A stretch of DNA of 64,000 nt from Octopus vulgaris (GCA_951406725.2 OX597815.1:38068001-38132000); one strand, 5' to 3'. Positions 13,851 through 28,540 are shown, numbered from the stretch's first letter. A program made the numbers and translations. Notes: a model not told the origin generated them from the sequence alone.

Positions 13851-16800
13851 CAAATAATTAATAAAAGCAAACATACTGATTTCTTTTATTTTGACAACAT
13901 ATTCCTTGGTGTGCTTTAAAAAGTCGATTAAACTGCACCAGCTATTGACTAATCGTTAACGCTGTTATGGATATTGAAATACCCTTAAGTTCCACAAAAT
14001 GTTCATTAAAACTAGGGACAGATATGACAAGAACAGAACGAAAATACTATTTGTAAAGATATGGACAAGTAACCATGCTTTTAATATATTTTGGGATTTA
14101 TTGCATAAAACTACTTGATAATTAGAATTACTAATATTTGCATTGGCTATGAACTAACAACCAACTGGAAGCACAAACCAATATAAGCCAATGATGGAGT
14201 TTTTACATGGTCGGAAAATCAACTAGAGACAGAAGTCAGATCTCTATTAATTAGACCGTTCAAACTTTAAACAAATAGGGCAATATTAAAAAAAAGAAAC
14301 ATACGTCTGTGGTTGCAATGTCTTTGATAATTATCTTGCAGGATAAAGAGAGAACTGGAGGTAAACAATAACGGCAACAATGAATAAAGAAACACTAAGC
14401 AAAGCATAGTTTCAGCTAAAAGCTAGCTCTTCTAAAATGATAATATGTCTATGAAGACAAACGGAAACATTAGCATTCAGACCGAAGGTTAAAAATATAC
14501 TTCAAATTTGAATCTACTAAATAACAAGAAACTTGGCGGCATCGCAAGTGTATAATGAATGGCTTCTTGAAATAATGTTTTACAATATAAACAATTCTTT
14601 ACCAGGAGATTTGTTTAAATTGCTGTTTGATCTTAATCAGAAAGCAATGAAAGCAGTGATATCAAGATAAAACTCAGGCGGTTACACTCTGAAAAATACG
14701 TATATTTTGAAGTTACACACTTTTCCAAGATGAACATTATCAAGAAAGATTTATATTTCTAAAGAATAGCCCATCCCCTCGAAAAATTAATACAAACTCT
14801 GACATCATTCTAGCATGAAAAAGATATTATATTTAGCAGTAAAATATGAGTTATTAAGAGAATAGAAATATCACATTTCAGAAACTATACTATGAAATAC
14901 AAAACGAACAGAGATAATATTAACAGGAACTGCAGCAAAATTTCATGCAATGAAACTGAAATTATTGAAAACATGAATATGGAAGTGATAAAAAATATAA
15001 CAAATAAGAAATATATCTGAGCAGAAGAAAACAACATGACTAAAACTACAGGCAATGGATTTAAAAGTAAAAACATCAATGCAAATAAAAAATACGGCAA
15101 CACAAGAAAAGTCACAACTAACAAATAGAATTGAATTAAAAGAAAAGATTTAGAAAGCAGAACATTTTATTAATAGGGCAGAAAAATATCTTTCAAAAAA
15201 AAAAAAAAGAACAATGATAACGAACACTAATTTGAGCATCGTAATAATTTCTGGAAGCAGATATCAACATTAACATATTCATGATCAACCAATCGATTCA
15301 TTTCACATCCATAGCTGTCAAAAAGAAAGAAAAGCTCACAAGAAAAGAACTAAAGGAAGGCGAAAGGCATTTTTTAAAAAAAATTGCCTCGAGTACATTT
15401 TTCTTAAGGAAAAAATAGAATGAAGTACTATAATGTTCATACCTTTTCCATTGATCCTAGCTCTGAAATAGTAAAATCATGACATGTAATTCTAATTATG
15501 TAGTTCACATAATGTAGAAATTAAAACAAAATATATTGTGAAGCATATAAGTGAAAGTATGATTAAAGTAATACATAAACATGTGAAACAATGAAGGGTC
15601 AAAGTAATGAAAGGAAAACGTTAAAGTATTAAAAATATAGGGGAGAAGAGCAGCTGTAATAATATACAAACATATTTGGGGTATTACAATAATCGACTCT
15701 TATTACGAAATGGTGGGGAAAATATATTTGTTATATATGTTACATATGTTTTACTTAAGAAATCATTGGATTTGAGTTTATTTTAAATAGTTGACAAATT
15801 TTTTGGAAAAAAGAGCTATGCTTGTCGTAGATTAAAATCCTTAGACATTGACGTACGGCAAATGTTTCTTTTGATCTATTGAAAGTTGATTACTGCAGGA
15901 TAAAACTTTGGTAGGGAAAGAATTCTATAGCAGTGATTTTCAAGGAGAAAGGACTGGCATTAGTGGCTATTGATGCACGGCCTGGAATTGTAGATACGAT
16001 ATAGGTAATGAGAAGATGACGAGCAAGTAAGTTGGAAATATGAATAGGAAATCGATACGAAAGCAACCAGATCTGATGCGCTGAGGCCATCCAAGGAATT
16101 GTAACAAAATAAAACTGAAGTAGCGCGATAACATGGTTGTAGGCTTGTGTTTATATTGTACTGGAGATTCGTTTACTCCATGTCGGTTGATTTATTATGG
16201 ATGTGGCGTAGGGTGACTGCAAGTGTAGCAGCAGCACCACTCCTCGTGTGGAAGCTTTATTCTACTATGAGCCGTATATAAACATGTTAAACTTATTCAC
16301 TTAAAAAATTGTATGTTTAATCATTGCAGGATAAAATGTAGCAGGTTAACATATATGCCCCAAAAGCACGGACGCGTTCGAAATATGCTATCGATGTTTA
16401 GAAAAATAAATGGAAACGGCAGATGATTAATTACCAACAATATCACAACCAAACATAAAATATTACATCGCAATACTAATATACAAAATAAAATTCAACT
16501 CTTAAATTAGAAGAAAAAAAATCTAAGGACATATTCTTAATGCAGTAAAAAACAAAAACAAATATACGAGAAACCTGATGTAATAGATAGCAATTTATGC
16601 AAATGTATACAATAAAGGGAAGCAGGAAAGAAATATAATGGTAGACTTATACAATATAAAATATGAACGTAAATGACAATAGTTCTCGTCCAAGCAATGA
16701 AGAATAGCCACTGAATATATTACATTGCTTTGCGTGTCTCTGATCAATTAAGCCTTTGGAAATTACTGAACCCTATACATATATTGTATAATTAGATTTA

Positions 16801-18583
16801 TTTTTCGTTTCTAATGTGTTTTTCTAATAGTGAATTCAAATTGTTTTATTCATGATATATCCGTAATCCGTTTTCTCTATATAAAGTTTAATGTAAACTG
16901 ATCGAGCAAGCTTGTGTTGACCATACTATGTTGATGAAATCTAATAAATCGAAAAGTATTAGCAGATGTCACCTGCTTATAAAAAAATCCTCACTCCTAT
17001 TCATGTAAATTCACACCAAGGTATTAAAACTTCATTCCTAGAAAGTATCTCCCATTTTCTTTGAGAATCGGAAACGAATGGGTGTTTATTATTTTCTTTT
17101 AATTCCGAATATAATTTAAATTAATTAAGAATAATTTTGCCCACACTATTATATCATCAATCTGCTTAAGTTATTTTCCTTATTTCTAAACTAGATTTCA
17201 TGACACTTATTATATAACTTGATAGGAATTCGTTTCAAGTAAGAGAAAAAGAATTTATGATAGATAGTCTGAGACGCTATAGTAAATATTAATTAGAGAA
17301 TTCCATAAAAGGTTAAAGCGTGGTAGTAGGATTAATTGTAGTTGCAGATGACTTTCATTAAAATTACAATGCTAATTCTCAGAAAAAATATTATAAAATT
17401 GGAAGAATCTTTTTGACGTCATCAGTAACATACGATGAGGGCTGTGACAAATAATGTGTCTCTTTGAGTTGGGATAAATATGATTTTCCAGCTTTGCTTG
17501 AGAAACGTAAATGAAATAAAAAAAATTAAAAATAGAAGAGAGTAAAACCATTTTCAATAGGAATTCAACGATTTAAAAAAGCATTTGGAAATATAATATT
17601 CTTGGATTTTGTTTTCTAATCTGAAAACAAGAAAAAAATAAAGGAAAACAAAATTCTTTCTTCAAAACACTTTTAAAGATTAATAAAAATGTGTAGAAGG
17701 ACAAAGATGGCTAGGATAAATGCTATTGCTGCTAAAGAAGATGGTGATTCTGATAATGATGATGCTAATAACGACGACGCCGATGATAACGTTGATTATG
17801 AGGACAATGATAACAATAATGATAACAATAATGAAATGAAATGACTTGTGATATGCATTATTAAAACAATCGTTAAAAGTAAAATAAGTTGAAGAATGAA
17901 TAAATAGCAAAAAACGAACAAATGTGAAAAATAATATGAAAATTTTAGAGCTAAATTCAACTGTCAAGCACAGAGAAATGCAAATAGGGTATTTAAGAAA
18001 AAATCTAGAAATATGATTATAATGTATTGGAGGAAAAGAAGACTAACAATGAAATAGCATTAAATATATTTAGGTGGTAATCTTTCCAGAAAGTGAAATT
18101 AAAATACTGCCATTAGATAGAAAGAAGACCCAGCAGAATGGTTGATTTATGGAATTGACCTACTATTTGATACCAATTTCTTCAGAAATACTTTTTTAAT
18201 CTTTTCCAAATTTCAACTCATTTTTGCTATTTCTATGAATTTCATAAAACTAAATACATCTGGTTTTACCTAAAAGCTATACGGATTCATTTTTCAGTCC
18301 TAGTCGGAATACTTGCAATAGCGAGGTAGATAGTAGTGATAATTTAATTTACTTTCTATATGCTATAATCATATACTTTATTTCGCATGTCAATATTATT
18401 TCTGCCCGAGAGGAATGAAAAGCAAAGCAGAAAGTTGATCTGTCTTTATGTTCAGAAATCAGAAGCTAAAGAGGCCAATTTAAATTATGCAAGTAAAGTA
18501 GATTGTGACTCTTTCTTTGTATTTATTTAATACTGTAATAACGATTACTTCACTTAATGAGTGCTCAAGTCGATAAAAAAATA

Positions 18584-19083
18584 GGCGCAGGAGTGGCTGT
18601 ATGGTAAGTAGCTTGTTTACCAACCACATGGTTCCGGGTTCAGTCCCACTGGGTGGCACCTTGGGCAAGTGTCTTCGACTATAGCCTCGGGCCGACCAAA
18701 GCCTTGTGAGTGGATTTGGTAGACGGAAACTGAAAGAAGCCCGTCGTATATATGTGTCCATATATGTATGTGTGTGTGCGTGTTTGTCCCCCCAACATCG
18801 CATGATAACCGATGCTGGTGTGTTTACATCGTATATATGTATGTATATATATGCGTGTGTGTGTGTTTGTGTGAGTGTGTTTGTCCACCTAGCTTTGCTT
18901 GACAACCGATGCTGGTGTGTTTATGTCCCCCGTTACTTAGCGGTTAGGCAAAAGAGACCGATAGAATAAGTAGTGGGCTTACAAAAGAATAAGTCCCGGG
19001 GTCGAGTTGCTCGATTAAAGGCGGTGCTCCAGCATGGCCGCAGTCAAATGACTGAAACAAGTAAAAGAGTAAAAGAGTAAAGA
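18584..19083 (+). mobile_element. Full-length tRNA-derived SINE with a CORE-like body and (gtaaaaga)n tail
   Basis: A box tggctgtatgg, B box gggttcagtccc, ccttgggcaagtgtctt, internal (TG/TA)n. Isolated tails of the same family at about 4958-5037 (-), 22783-22835 and 54280-54352. Confidence 0.88.
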
Positions 19084-19205
19084 CAGCCAAAGTACGGATG
19101 GGTTGTATCTTGACACACTTTATTTTATCTTTTTTTTAATCATTATTAATATTATTACTTACTCTACGAAAAATATGCATTCCTCAACAGGACACTCAGA
19201 CTTAC

Positions 19206-19285
19206 CCAGCGAGAAAAGTTATTAGAGCCCAGCAACTTATTGTTAGCCCGAGTACTACATAAGGACCGTTGTAGTTCGTCGGCAC
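19206..19285 (-). CDS. Candidate host-gene exon D (80 nt, phase 0-2): VPTNYNGPYVVLGLTISCWALITFLA(G)
   Basis: Minus strand reads tttcctcttaagtcggtttcag|GTGCCG...CGCTGG|gtaagt. Consensus splice sites in apparently unique sequence, encoding a hydrophobic segment. Confidence 0.65.
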
Positions 19286-20109
19286 CTGAAACCGACTTAA
19301 GAGGAAATACAGTAATTTTTCTGTTTAAACTCATCTTTTTATATATATGAATAATAATTGTTACGTTTATTACAGTTATTTCTGAATTACATGTTTATCA
19401 TTAAATTGGCACCATGATATTGTTTACATTTGTAAACTATTTGATGGGCATTTTTGGTAATTCTTATGGCTTAGTCAGAGCAGCTACCTTGATTCTTTAT
19501 GCAAAATCACGTCCGGTGGAAGTTGAGCTCGAAGTAAGCAAGTTTCGTGGCGCGATTGCTTATAACAGGTTTCTCCCCACTAAATGGTTTTATGATGTTC
19601 AAACTGGAATAGTTTAGATGTAGCCAAAACGAATTGAATATCAAGTATACGATGTTGTACATAGTATATTTAATTAAAAGATGTTAAATAACGCGTTCAG
19701 TTAAAATTAATAACAAGATGTAAGTCAATAAAAAGCAACCTTGCAATTTCAAATAATTACTGGCACAATGTTAAAAACATTAGGAGTTGCTATTTGCTGC
19801 TTTGCAAAACAAAATTAGGTACTCGTTCTTAAGAGAGAAGAAATGCCAAAATAAGCAACAATAACACCTAGCATGTTTACACATTAACTTCTTATCACTA
19901 ATGCCAATGAATATAAATAAGCACACCAACAACAGAGGTAGAGACGATAAGCAATTGCTAGTAGTCAAATAATATTACTAGCGGCGCTTCCGAAAATATG
20001 GAAATGACAACCATAATAGTATCAAAAAAGCTATGGCAGTACTAAAAGTCATAACACAAGCAACAACGATACACAGAAAACCACATTTTCTACAGTTAAT
20101 TGGAAGTAC

Positions 20110-20183
<74 letters not shown>

Positions 20184-20245
20184 GTCTGTCTGTCTGTCTG
20201 TCTGTCTTTCTCTCTCTCTCTTTCTCTCTTTCTCTCCATCTCTTT

Positions 20246-20292
<47 letters not shown>

Positions 20293-20294
<2 letters not shown>

Positions 20295-20928
20295 CATAAG
20301 ATGCATCTATAACGTGGCGAATATTTGTTATAAATATCACCACCAGTGGCTTAGCATGTATAAATAGTCAATAGACAACATATTCATATTTTAAAATAGA
20401 AAATTACCTGTTAAAGGATAATTTTCTATTTTAAAATATGAATACGTTGTTTATTTAGTATTTATATATGCTAGGCCACTGGGGGTGATATTTATAACGA
20501 ATATTCGCCACCCTATAGATGTATCTTATGAATATGTTCTTAGCATTCTCGAAGATTCAGCTCGGCATTGTATTTTTGCTGACTGTAAATGCGCCTGCGC
20601 GCGGTATTTTCAGAAATTATAACATATAATGATGGGACATGTGTTATCGTGTCTTTGAATTATAAGTTAGTTATTGAGGCCGGTTACTGACGAGAATTCG
20701 CCTGGTGGATAGCATTGTTTTGCTAAATTACATATTAAAGGATGGCAAATAATATAATTTGATAAAGAAATTGGAAACCATGGTATAACCATTAAATAAT
20801 AAGGTAAACGTTTTTATTTTTCATTTACTTCGAAATTTGCTATTAAATTGTGGTTTTGGCCGTGTTGGCTGCTATTTCTAGCATGTAAAAATTTCCTGTT
20901 AAAGGGTAATTTTCTATTTTAAAATATG

Positions 20929-20930
<2 letters not shown>
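20293..20930 (+). mobile_element. Hammerhead-bearing unit (about 488-bp period) with an upstream inverted partial copy forming a hairpin with arms of about 115 bp
   Basis: 20293-20406 is the reverse complement of 20420-20533. cctgttaaagg.taattttctattttaaaatatg recurs at 20407 and 20895. (TA)n on both sides. Confidence 0.8.
20682..20790 (+). ncRNA. Type I hammerhead motif with an extended (about 80 nt) stem II region
   Basis: GGTTA-CTGACGA-gAATT...AATTg-GAAA-C-CATG-G-TA-TAACC. 5-bp stem I, palindromic CATG loop III, GUA triplet; the closing pair of stem II is G.G. Confidence 0.7.
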
Positions 20931-20969
<39 letters not shown>

Positions 20970-21868
20970 GCATATGATCTTTTAATGTCAAGAAATATAT
21001 AATGAAAAATTTACATTAAAATAAATGATTACGGAACACTCTTTCCGGGGAGTAAATAATTAACTTTTGCAAGGAAAGGGAATGACACTGCCTTCCGAGT
21101 TCGACTTACTCACATTCATTAGACTGACTCAGAAGGCGTGTAATCTGTATCTTAAAAGTGATTGTCAACATTTTCCCTGCAAAAACTTCTCTCTGCCTGT
21201 TTCTTTCTCTTCCCCCTTCTCTCTTCTCATATATACATATATATATATACATATCTATACACACACACATATATATGTATATATATATATATATATATGT
21301 GTGTGTAGGCCCTCTTTATTTGTTTTCCTGTCCTGTTTCTATTCCTTCTTGTACTGTATTTTTTGTAATTGTATTTTTATTTTGTATTTGTTTTTGATTG
21401 TATTGTTTTTACGTCCTGTTTTTGTCACATTTGTTTCCTTTTTTTTCCTTGTTTTTACCCCTCTGCAAAGGAATTTTATTTAATTCTTTCGCAGGAAGGA
21501 CTAGTTCGACGAGACGTGTTCTGTCCTCACCTTCGAAACACGCTGGAGTTGAACTAGGGACAGCTGATAAAGGGGATTTTTCCTTATGTAGTTGTCTTGT
21601 ACTCTGTTTTTTCGTTGTTAAAAAATGGTCCGTTCCATGCTCTTTTTACGTTTTCGTTTCTCGTTGAGTTCTACGTCTATTTGTGGTGTCCTGTACACAT
21701 GTATATATATTTATATATGCATGTATATATACATGTAGATGTAGGTACGTACATATATGTTTGTATGTATGCATATATTTTATTTATTACACTATTGTAT
21801 GACTGAGCGCCTTGGCGTCGATTCGATTCGATTCCTTTGGTTTCGTTTCATTTCTTCTTCTCTAAGCT

Positions 21869-21918
<50 letters not shown>

Positions 21919-21919
<1 letters not shown>

Positions 21920-22467
21920 CTATCATATAAAACCCGTTGTGTCTGTCTGTGTGTGTCTCTAGGAACTCGGGTATCCTCCATCCGATTGCACTTAAATTTG
22001 ATATGTAGATACCGACGGTATCCGGGCGTGTATAAGTCTTTAAAAAATTACCAAAATCGATTCCAAGTGAGAATGCGATCGATAAAGCCGTAGGAACGTG
22101 CATTTCTACGCGCAAGTACATCAGCTGTTGCGATCGATACTACGTGTGCGCGAGAAAAATGCACGTGAAGTTTGCACAAAAAATTCCGGCTGGCTTGAAA
22201 TAAAGCCACAAAATGCAGTATATTTAAGAGACCAAAACAGTAAGATGCAAAAGAGATATTTTCTTCAAATTTGGCACGAAAAGAAGTAAAGACTATTTGG
22301 TTTCTCAAGAAGTTTTTTATTTTGCCTTAACTTCGTTTAACAAAACCAAAACTTTTATTGAAATAAAGGCATGCTTAATTATTTTTTCATGAAAAGAAAA
22401 CACTGATTGCTTTTTATTCATCAGATATGATTCAGAACCGTCCATTGGACGGGGGTCGTTTAGCTCG
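21919..22467 (+). mobile_element. Non-autonomous Helitron-like element, family H1, longer copy
   Basis: a|TCtatcatataaaacccg...ccgtccattggacgg...tagCTCG|t. Confidence 0.78.
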
Positions 22468-22553
22468 TATATATATATATACATAATTAATAATATCAGG
22501 GTAATAAAGATTTTAGAAATTTTTACTACCGTTGGCCTTGCGTGTAGAAAAAT

Positions 22554-22680
<127 letters not shown>

Positions 22681-23997
22681 ATATATGCATATGTATGTAT
22701 ATATATATATGTGCATATATATGTATATGTATATGCATATGTATGCTAGGGTGAACAGTATTTTTCGAAATTCTTCAGCTAGCTCCAGCATGGGCAAAGT
22801 CTAATGACTGAAACAAGTAAAAGAATAAACGAATAAAGGAACAAGCATCAAATACGCATTCAGGTTCAAGGAAGGGTAGACTAGAACAGCCTTAGAGTTG
22901 CAAGTCATTTTGTATACGTGTCGCTCATAGAATATGTATCTGTAACATAGATCCCAGTTAGGGAGAGAGTAAAAGTATTGTGGATTTTCAAAATCTCAAG
23001 AACAGATCCCGAGTAATGCGGCTTAATTAATTTTCTCTGGCTTGTATAAAGTTAGATATATAGAACCTAACTTTCTCAAATGTTTAGAACTGTATATATT
23101 GAAATATTGGCAAACTAGTGAAATATGTCAATACTGAAAATCCCCATGAATATACACACAGTCACAATTACAAGTTAGGGACAAATTAGGAACAAGAAAT
23201 GACAGTACAGATGTCTAATACTAGAAATCTGGTTATCTCAGGTCACCAGGACTCATTTCCCACATTATTATAAGTGAGCTCTGTATGGAAATATTTCAGA
23301 AATCTGCTTAAAATGAATTAAACTACTGCTTCTAAATGTAAGAGACCATTATGCATATTACTACAGTTTCAGTTTAGTTTCAAGGCGTTGACTATAAAAA
23401 TAGCCTACCTATGGAGTGTTCTATTAAATAGGAGAAAAGAGATTTATGAACACTATGGATGACTATTACTGTTGCAGTGATTAAAAATGTTACTCAATGT
23501 AGATCTATCTCTATATTGGAACGATTTCATTAATTGAATTCAATTCAATGAGATTACTGATTTTATACATTTCTTAGAATAACGTCAAATTATTCACTCG
23601 ATGTCTGATAATGAACGATGAATGAAATTCCGAGAGTTAATAGAAGCGTAAATAATGTTAGAAATAATATGAAATATGATTTAGCTTGTATTTTATATAT
23701 AAGAGTTATAATCGAAAATGTTTAGCGGAAATAAAACGACAATACATTAATTAAATCAAATGAATACCATCAATTTCACTACTTGCGTAAATTGTATAAT
23801 ACATTCATAAAGATCGTCCTAAATGTAATAAAGACGAATTTGAATTAAAATGGAATGTGGTAAATGAATCCATTTAGGAAAAATGTAAACGGTGATTTTA
23901 TCCTAAGGCAGACTGATAGAAGTTGCACAACTAAAAACATTACTCCCAGCTGCCCCTATGACAACTAATAATCATAAAATAATTCTGCTTGTCACCG

Positions 23998-24365
23998 CGT
24001 TACTTAGCGCGTCCGTAACGCTTCCACGGAATTAGCTCAAGGGGAAGAGAGAGGCGGAATGGGAGGGGTAGAAGAGCGGGAGTGGGGGTGAAAGTGGTGG
24101 TGCTGAGTGAAATGGGAAAATTTTTTTATTTGAACTAAGATTTTTTTCTCCGCTATTTAGCCCGTCCGTAACGCTTCCACGTGATTAGTTGAATGGGGAA
24201 GGAGGGGAAGAATTGGAGGGGTAGAGGAGGAGAAGGGGTGAGCGGCGGTGGTGAGTGAAATGTGTAATTTGTTTCTTTTGAACTAAGCTTTTGCTCCGTT
24301 ACTTGGTCCGTCAGTAACGATTTCACGTGGTTAGTTGAAAGTAAAGGCGGTGAGCGAAAGCAAAA
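23998..24365 (+). repeat. G-rich minisatellite of about 150 bp, roughly 2.4 units
   Basis: cg.ta.tt.g..cgtc.gtaacg.tt.cacg...ttag at 23998, 24151 and 24297. Confidence 0.85.
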
Positions 24366-25049
24366 GGAGAGAGAAATAGAGAAGGCGAAGAGGGAGTGTG
24401 CTGTGTATTAAGTCTATAAAATTGTGCATGAAGTGTATAAAGTGTATATATAAAGTGCATTAACTAATCATCATATTCCAATTTCCGTCACTTTTCAATG
24501 CTTATCAGATGAGCGTCTATCTTTTGATACAGATAGAACACATGCTACGCTTTCAGATTTTTTGGATAAAGTTTTCAGAAATATCCCAATAAGTTTACCA
24601 TTAATTCCTCGAAATATTCACGGGTAAAAAATAGTTCTTTTTAATTTTGGCACAAGGTCAGTAGTTTTCATACCGAAAGTTAGTCGATTATATCGACCCC
24701 AATACTTGACTGGTACATTATTTTGTCAGTATCAAGAGGATGAATGGTAAAGTTGCCTAGGGCGTAATTCGAGATCAAAACGTAACACACAAGAGGGAAT
24801 CTCGCTAACCATTTTGTTCGACGCTCTAATGATTCTACCAGCTTATCACCTTGATAATTATGATAATGGTTTCAAATTTTGGTTGAAAGCCAGCAATTTC
24901 TGGAGAGAGGATAAGTCGATTACATCGATTCCAGTGCCCAACTGGTACTTATTTCATCGGTCCCAAAATGTAGGAAAGGCAAAGTCAACCTCGGCGAAAT
25001 CTGAATTCAGAATATAAAGAAGGACGAAATGCCGCTAACCACATACATC

Positions 25050-27130
25050 CCTATCGCAAGGACATCCCATGCAGGCACTCCTCTCCTCTTCCTCCCCTCC
25101 TGCTTGCAGGAGCATGTTCAGAGTTGACCCATTCACATGGACCATCATCGTTATACTTCACCCACCTTTCAACAAAAATACTGGATGGAGGCGAGACAGC
25201 ACTTCCTTCTCCACCCTCACTTTCCTTTTCAAGTGGAACTTGAAACAGTCGATGAGGACGTGGAAAGTGTCTATTTTCAGTCCTTTTAACATTGTCTACC
25301 ATATTAACTCTTTATCCATAGCCACCAGACAGAGGAAAACTACCTATCTTTTCCGGCCAAAAGGAGGCTGGGGGTGACTTTCACGATGGATTCGGCCGAT
25401 GTCCACACCCTACAACAGCTGTTCAACAAAGATTCAATACTCAGGCACAGGAGGACGCATGCAAAACGGTTTCATCACTTCTGCGCATCTCAGATAGGTT
25501 CGTCTGACAACAATTTCGTGCCTGTAGAGCTTCTCTCGAACATGTAGAGTTTCCGGCCCAAGAGTCTCCGGAAAAGACTACTATCTTTGTCAAGAATATC
25601 GACGCTCTCGTCTGTCACTAATCTCTAATATAACTCTATTGTGAAACTTCCACTGACTGGCGGAGGTATGTAAGTACTTGCCAACACTCCAGCTGCCAGC
25701 CGTCCTTTCTTGGTCTACTGTAGTTCGGCCAATGAGACAAATTGCGAAAAACCCCGTCTGACAAACGGAAACCGACCTCACCACCAAAGAAACGCTGAAT
25801 ATGCCACAACCTTACCGCATGTTTGCGCATCATTAGCAACGACATGACCAGTCCTTCATTCAGCGGCTTCTGATAGAAAATGGATCGTCTAATGAGCGGA
25901 ACACGTCCCTTACACGGAAATGAGAACTAGCATTCTTGCTTGATCAGCAACGAAGTAAGGAAAGGGACAACAGTCAGGCCGTAGTAGATAAAATATGCGA
26001 TGTAAGCATATACCAGCTCTGGCAGACCCTTCAGAGACAACTTCATCTCTGCCTCCTTCTGAATGAGGCTGGCCAGCCTTATCGTCATCTCCCCCGCTCC
26101 CAGGACTTGACTACCTGAAGGTCCGAACCAAACCAGACTCCGAGCAATTTAAATGGTCCTTCCGTCCAGCCACTTAAGACATCCGCCAGCATGAGCCTGT
26201 CTCTCTAGGTGGTGAGCTGCAGGACCACCGACGCGTTCTGCATAATCTTCGCTCTTGTCACCGTTTCGTATTTCCCTAGGGTCGTGCCATTCACCTCAAT
26301 TTCCGATACTGTCTCAGTGACTTCTCCATAAGACTACTAAACGATGCTAAACGATTACGATAGGTGGCCATTTACTTTGAGCACTGAACAGATGCCGCTA
26401 TATATTGTTGCGATTTGGTCTCTGAACATTGGACTGAAATAGGTTGCCGAGAAGCCAGCTTATAGGTATTGTTGGTATCACCCATGCCATGTTTCATATT
26501 CACATCCTCTATAATGTAATGCGTGATCTGTATGTTGCTGCGGGTAGAACTGTCTGGGTAGCGCATGTGTGCGCATCAACGACTAGTCTACAAATGACAA
26601 GCGCCTATCTCTTGGCTAACACGTTGACCAAAATCTTGTAAACTGTGTTGCGCAGAGTTACAGGCATGAGATTCTCTGTCTAATCCCATCCTAACTGTTC
26701 GTGTCCTTTCTCAGCATTACCACAACACAACACTGGGAAAAATCATCCCATTATCAGTTGCGGTTGACATCAGCGATGAGATCACCAAATAGGTCTAATA
26801 TATGAAGCTAAAGTTTTGAAAGACAGTCCATTCAGACCTGGAGACTTCTCTCTTGAGCAGAACTCAATATGGATTTTGTTAACCCACGTGTAGCAACTAG
26901 GATTCATGACACGCACTATCAGTCTCATTGCCATTCCTTCTGCATCAGTACGTAGAAATAGTTCTGAGATACTCCTGTAGTGATGGGGATCAGAAGTTGT
27001 ATGTCGTTCCCAACATTGTATTTCATTGCACCAATTTCTGTGGAGCAAGCGTTTGGGCGGTTGCACATTGCATCTGATCAGGCTCTTTACTTGCTTGGCC
27101 TTCGTCTCTGAAAATCACATATAGTGACTC
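25050..27130 (-). mobile_element. Degenerate L1/Tx1-like LINE (RT and downstream region)
   Basis: GC-richer island. Minus strand gives KSPGLNGL, TLRNTVYKILVNVLAKR..HTC and GLVMSLLMMRKHAVRL (GGLGMP-like). Confidence 0.75.
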
Positions 27131-27728
27131 GTATGATTTACTCCAGCTACCAGAGGTAATGATTTTTTGAAGCGCTGGCTAGGAAGCTGCCCCAAAGACA
27201 GGTATAGTTAGCTATTTTCCTTCTTGTTACTAAATAACGTATTTCAGGAGATGAAATATTCTGTGGTTACAGAACTTTGCTTTATTTGTGCAAAAATTTC
27301 CTTATGTTACCGGTGACGTTGGTAAACGAAAGACACACTTTCCTGACTTGATACCATCTTCACAGCATAAAGCCTTGCTGTCATTGTTGCTGATAAAGTA
27401 ATTATATTTCAAGTCAATTTTTTCCTGTTGTGTGCCGTGTGAAAAGGAATGTTTTTGCATTTACTTTCTTGCGTTTCCTTTTGAAGTATTTTTCAATCTG
27501 GAGTTTGGAAGCGTATCTTCTTATTGAGGAGGAAATTGTTTACAAACGTCTTAGAGAAAATCTAAACCTTAAAATGCCTGCCTTCGTTTATTTTAGTGAA
27601 AATAAACTACAGGGTTTGTCATAATATATTGATTTGTATAATCCAAATGAAATAATGTATTTTCATATACGTTAGCGCCAGTAAAATATATAAACTTCCC
27701 TAGCAATGAAAAGCAACCAAAGCGGTGG

Positions 27729-27884
<156 letters not shown>

Positions 27885-28273
27885 TGGTTCAAACATAGAC
27901 ACAAGGTCAGAAATCTGGGTGAGCGAACAGTCGATTATATAGACCCTGTTATCCAAGTGACACTATATTTTATCGATCTTGGAAAGATTAAAGACAAAAC
28001 TTACCTCAACTAGATTTAAACCTAGCACATAAAGAGAACTAGTAAATGCTGCAAAATAATTTGTCTGAGGCTCTCTCTTTTCTAGTAACTGTAGAACCTG
28101 AACTATAATGAGAAATCTATACTATTCTTGGTTTGCAAGCGATGTGAACTGCACGTAGGTTTTTCCTTTCAAGTTTAATCCGTTGATTCTCCTCAGCTAA
28201 TCAATTCGCACATCTTTTTTAGGAACCGCTGTATCAACTAAAACCATCAATAGCTAACTTCGGTCATGAATAA

Positions 28274-28540
28274 CCATGGGATTGTACCCAGAAAATTTCC
28301 CTCAAAGATACTGTCCAGGCAAAGTTGTCGCCTATGCATACCAAGGGGAGGTAAAACCGTTACAGCTTGGCACAAGTGACGTTGCAACTCATTTCTACTG
28401 GTGAGTGAACTGGACAGCGTGACGTAAAGTGAAATAAAGTGTTTTGCTCAAGAGCACAACAACCGTCCAGTCCTGGAATCGAACTGACTACCTCAAAATT
28501 GTGAGCCCGACGCTCTAAACACTGATCTATGCGCCTTCAC
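28274..28540 (-). mobile_element. tRNA-derived SINE, third family
   Basis: Minus strand gtgaaggcgcatagatcagtgtttagagcg...gttcgattccagg...tcttgagcaaaacactttatttcac. Confidence 0.75.

Noticed and set aside
21501-21557. Possible hammerhead (cgacga...gaaac)
   Set aside because: No CUGA. It is better explained as a plain hairpin (ctagttcgac/gttgaactag plus cgtgtt/aacacg) in an unclassified repeat.
23998-24365. CRISPR-like repeat-spacer pattern
   Set aside because: The intervening segments are homologous to each other, units are about 150 bp, the context is eukaryotic and there are no cas genes.
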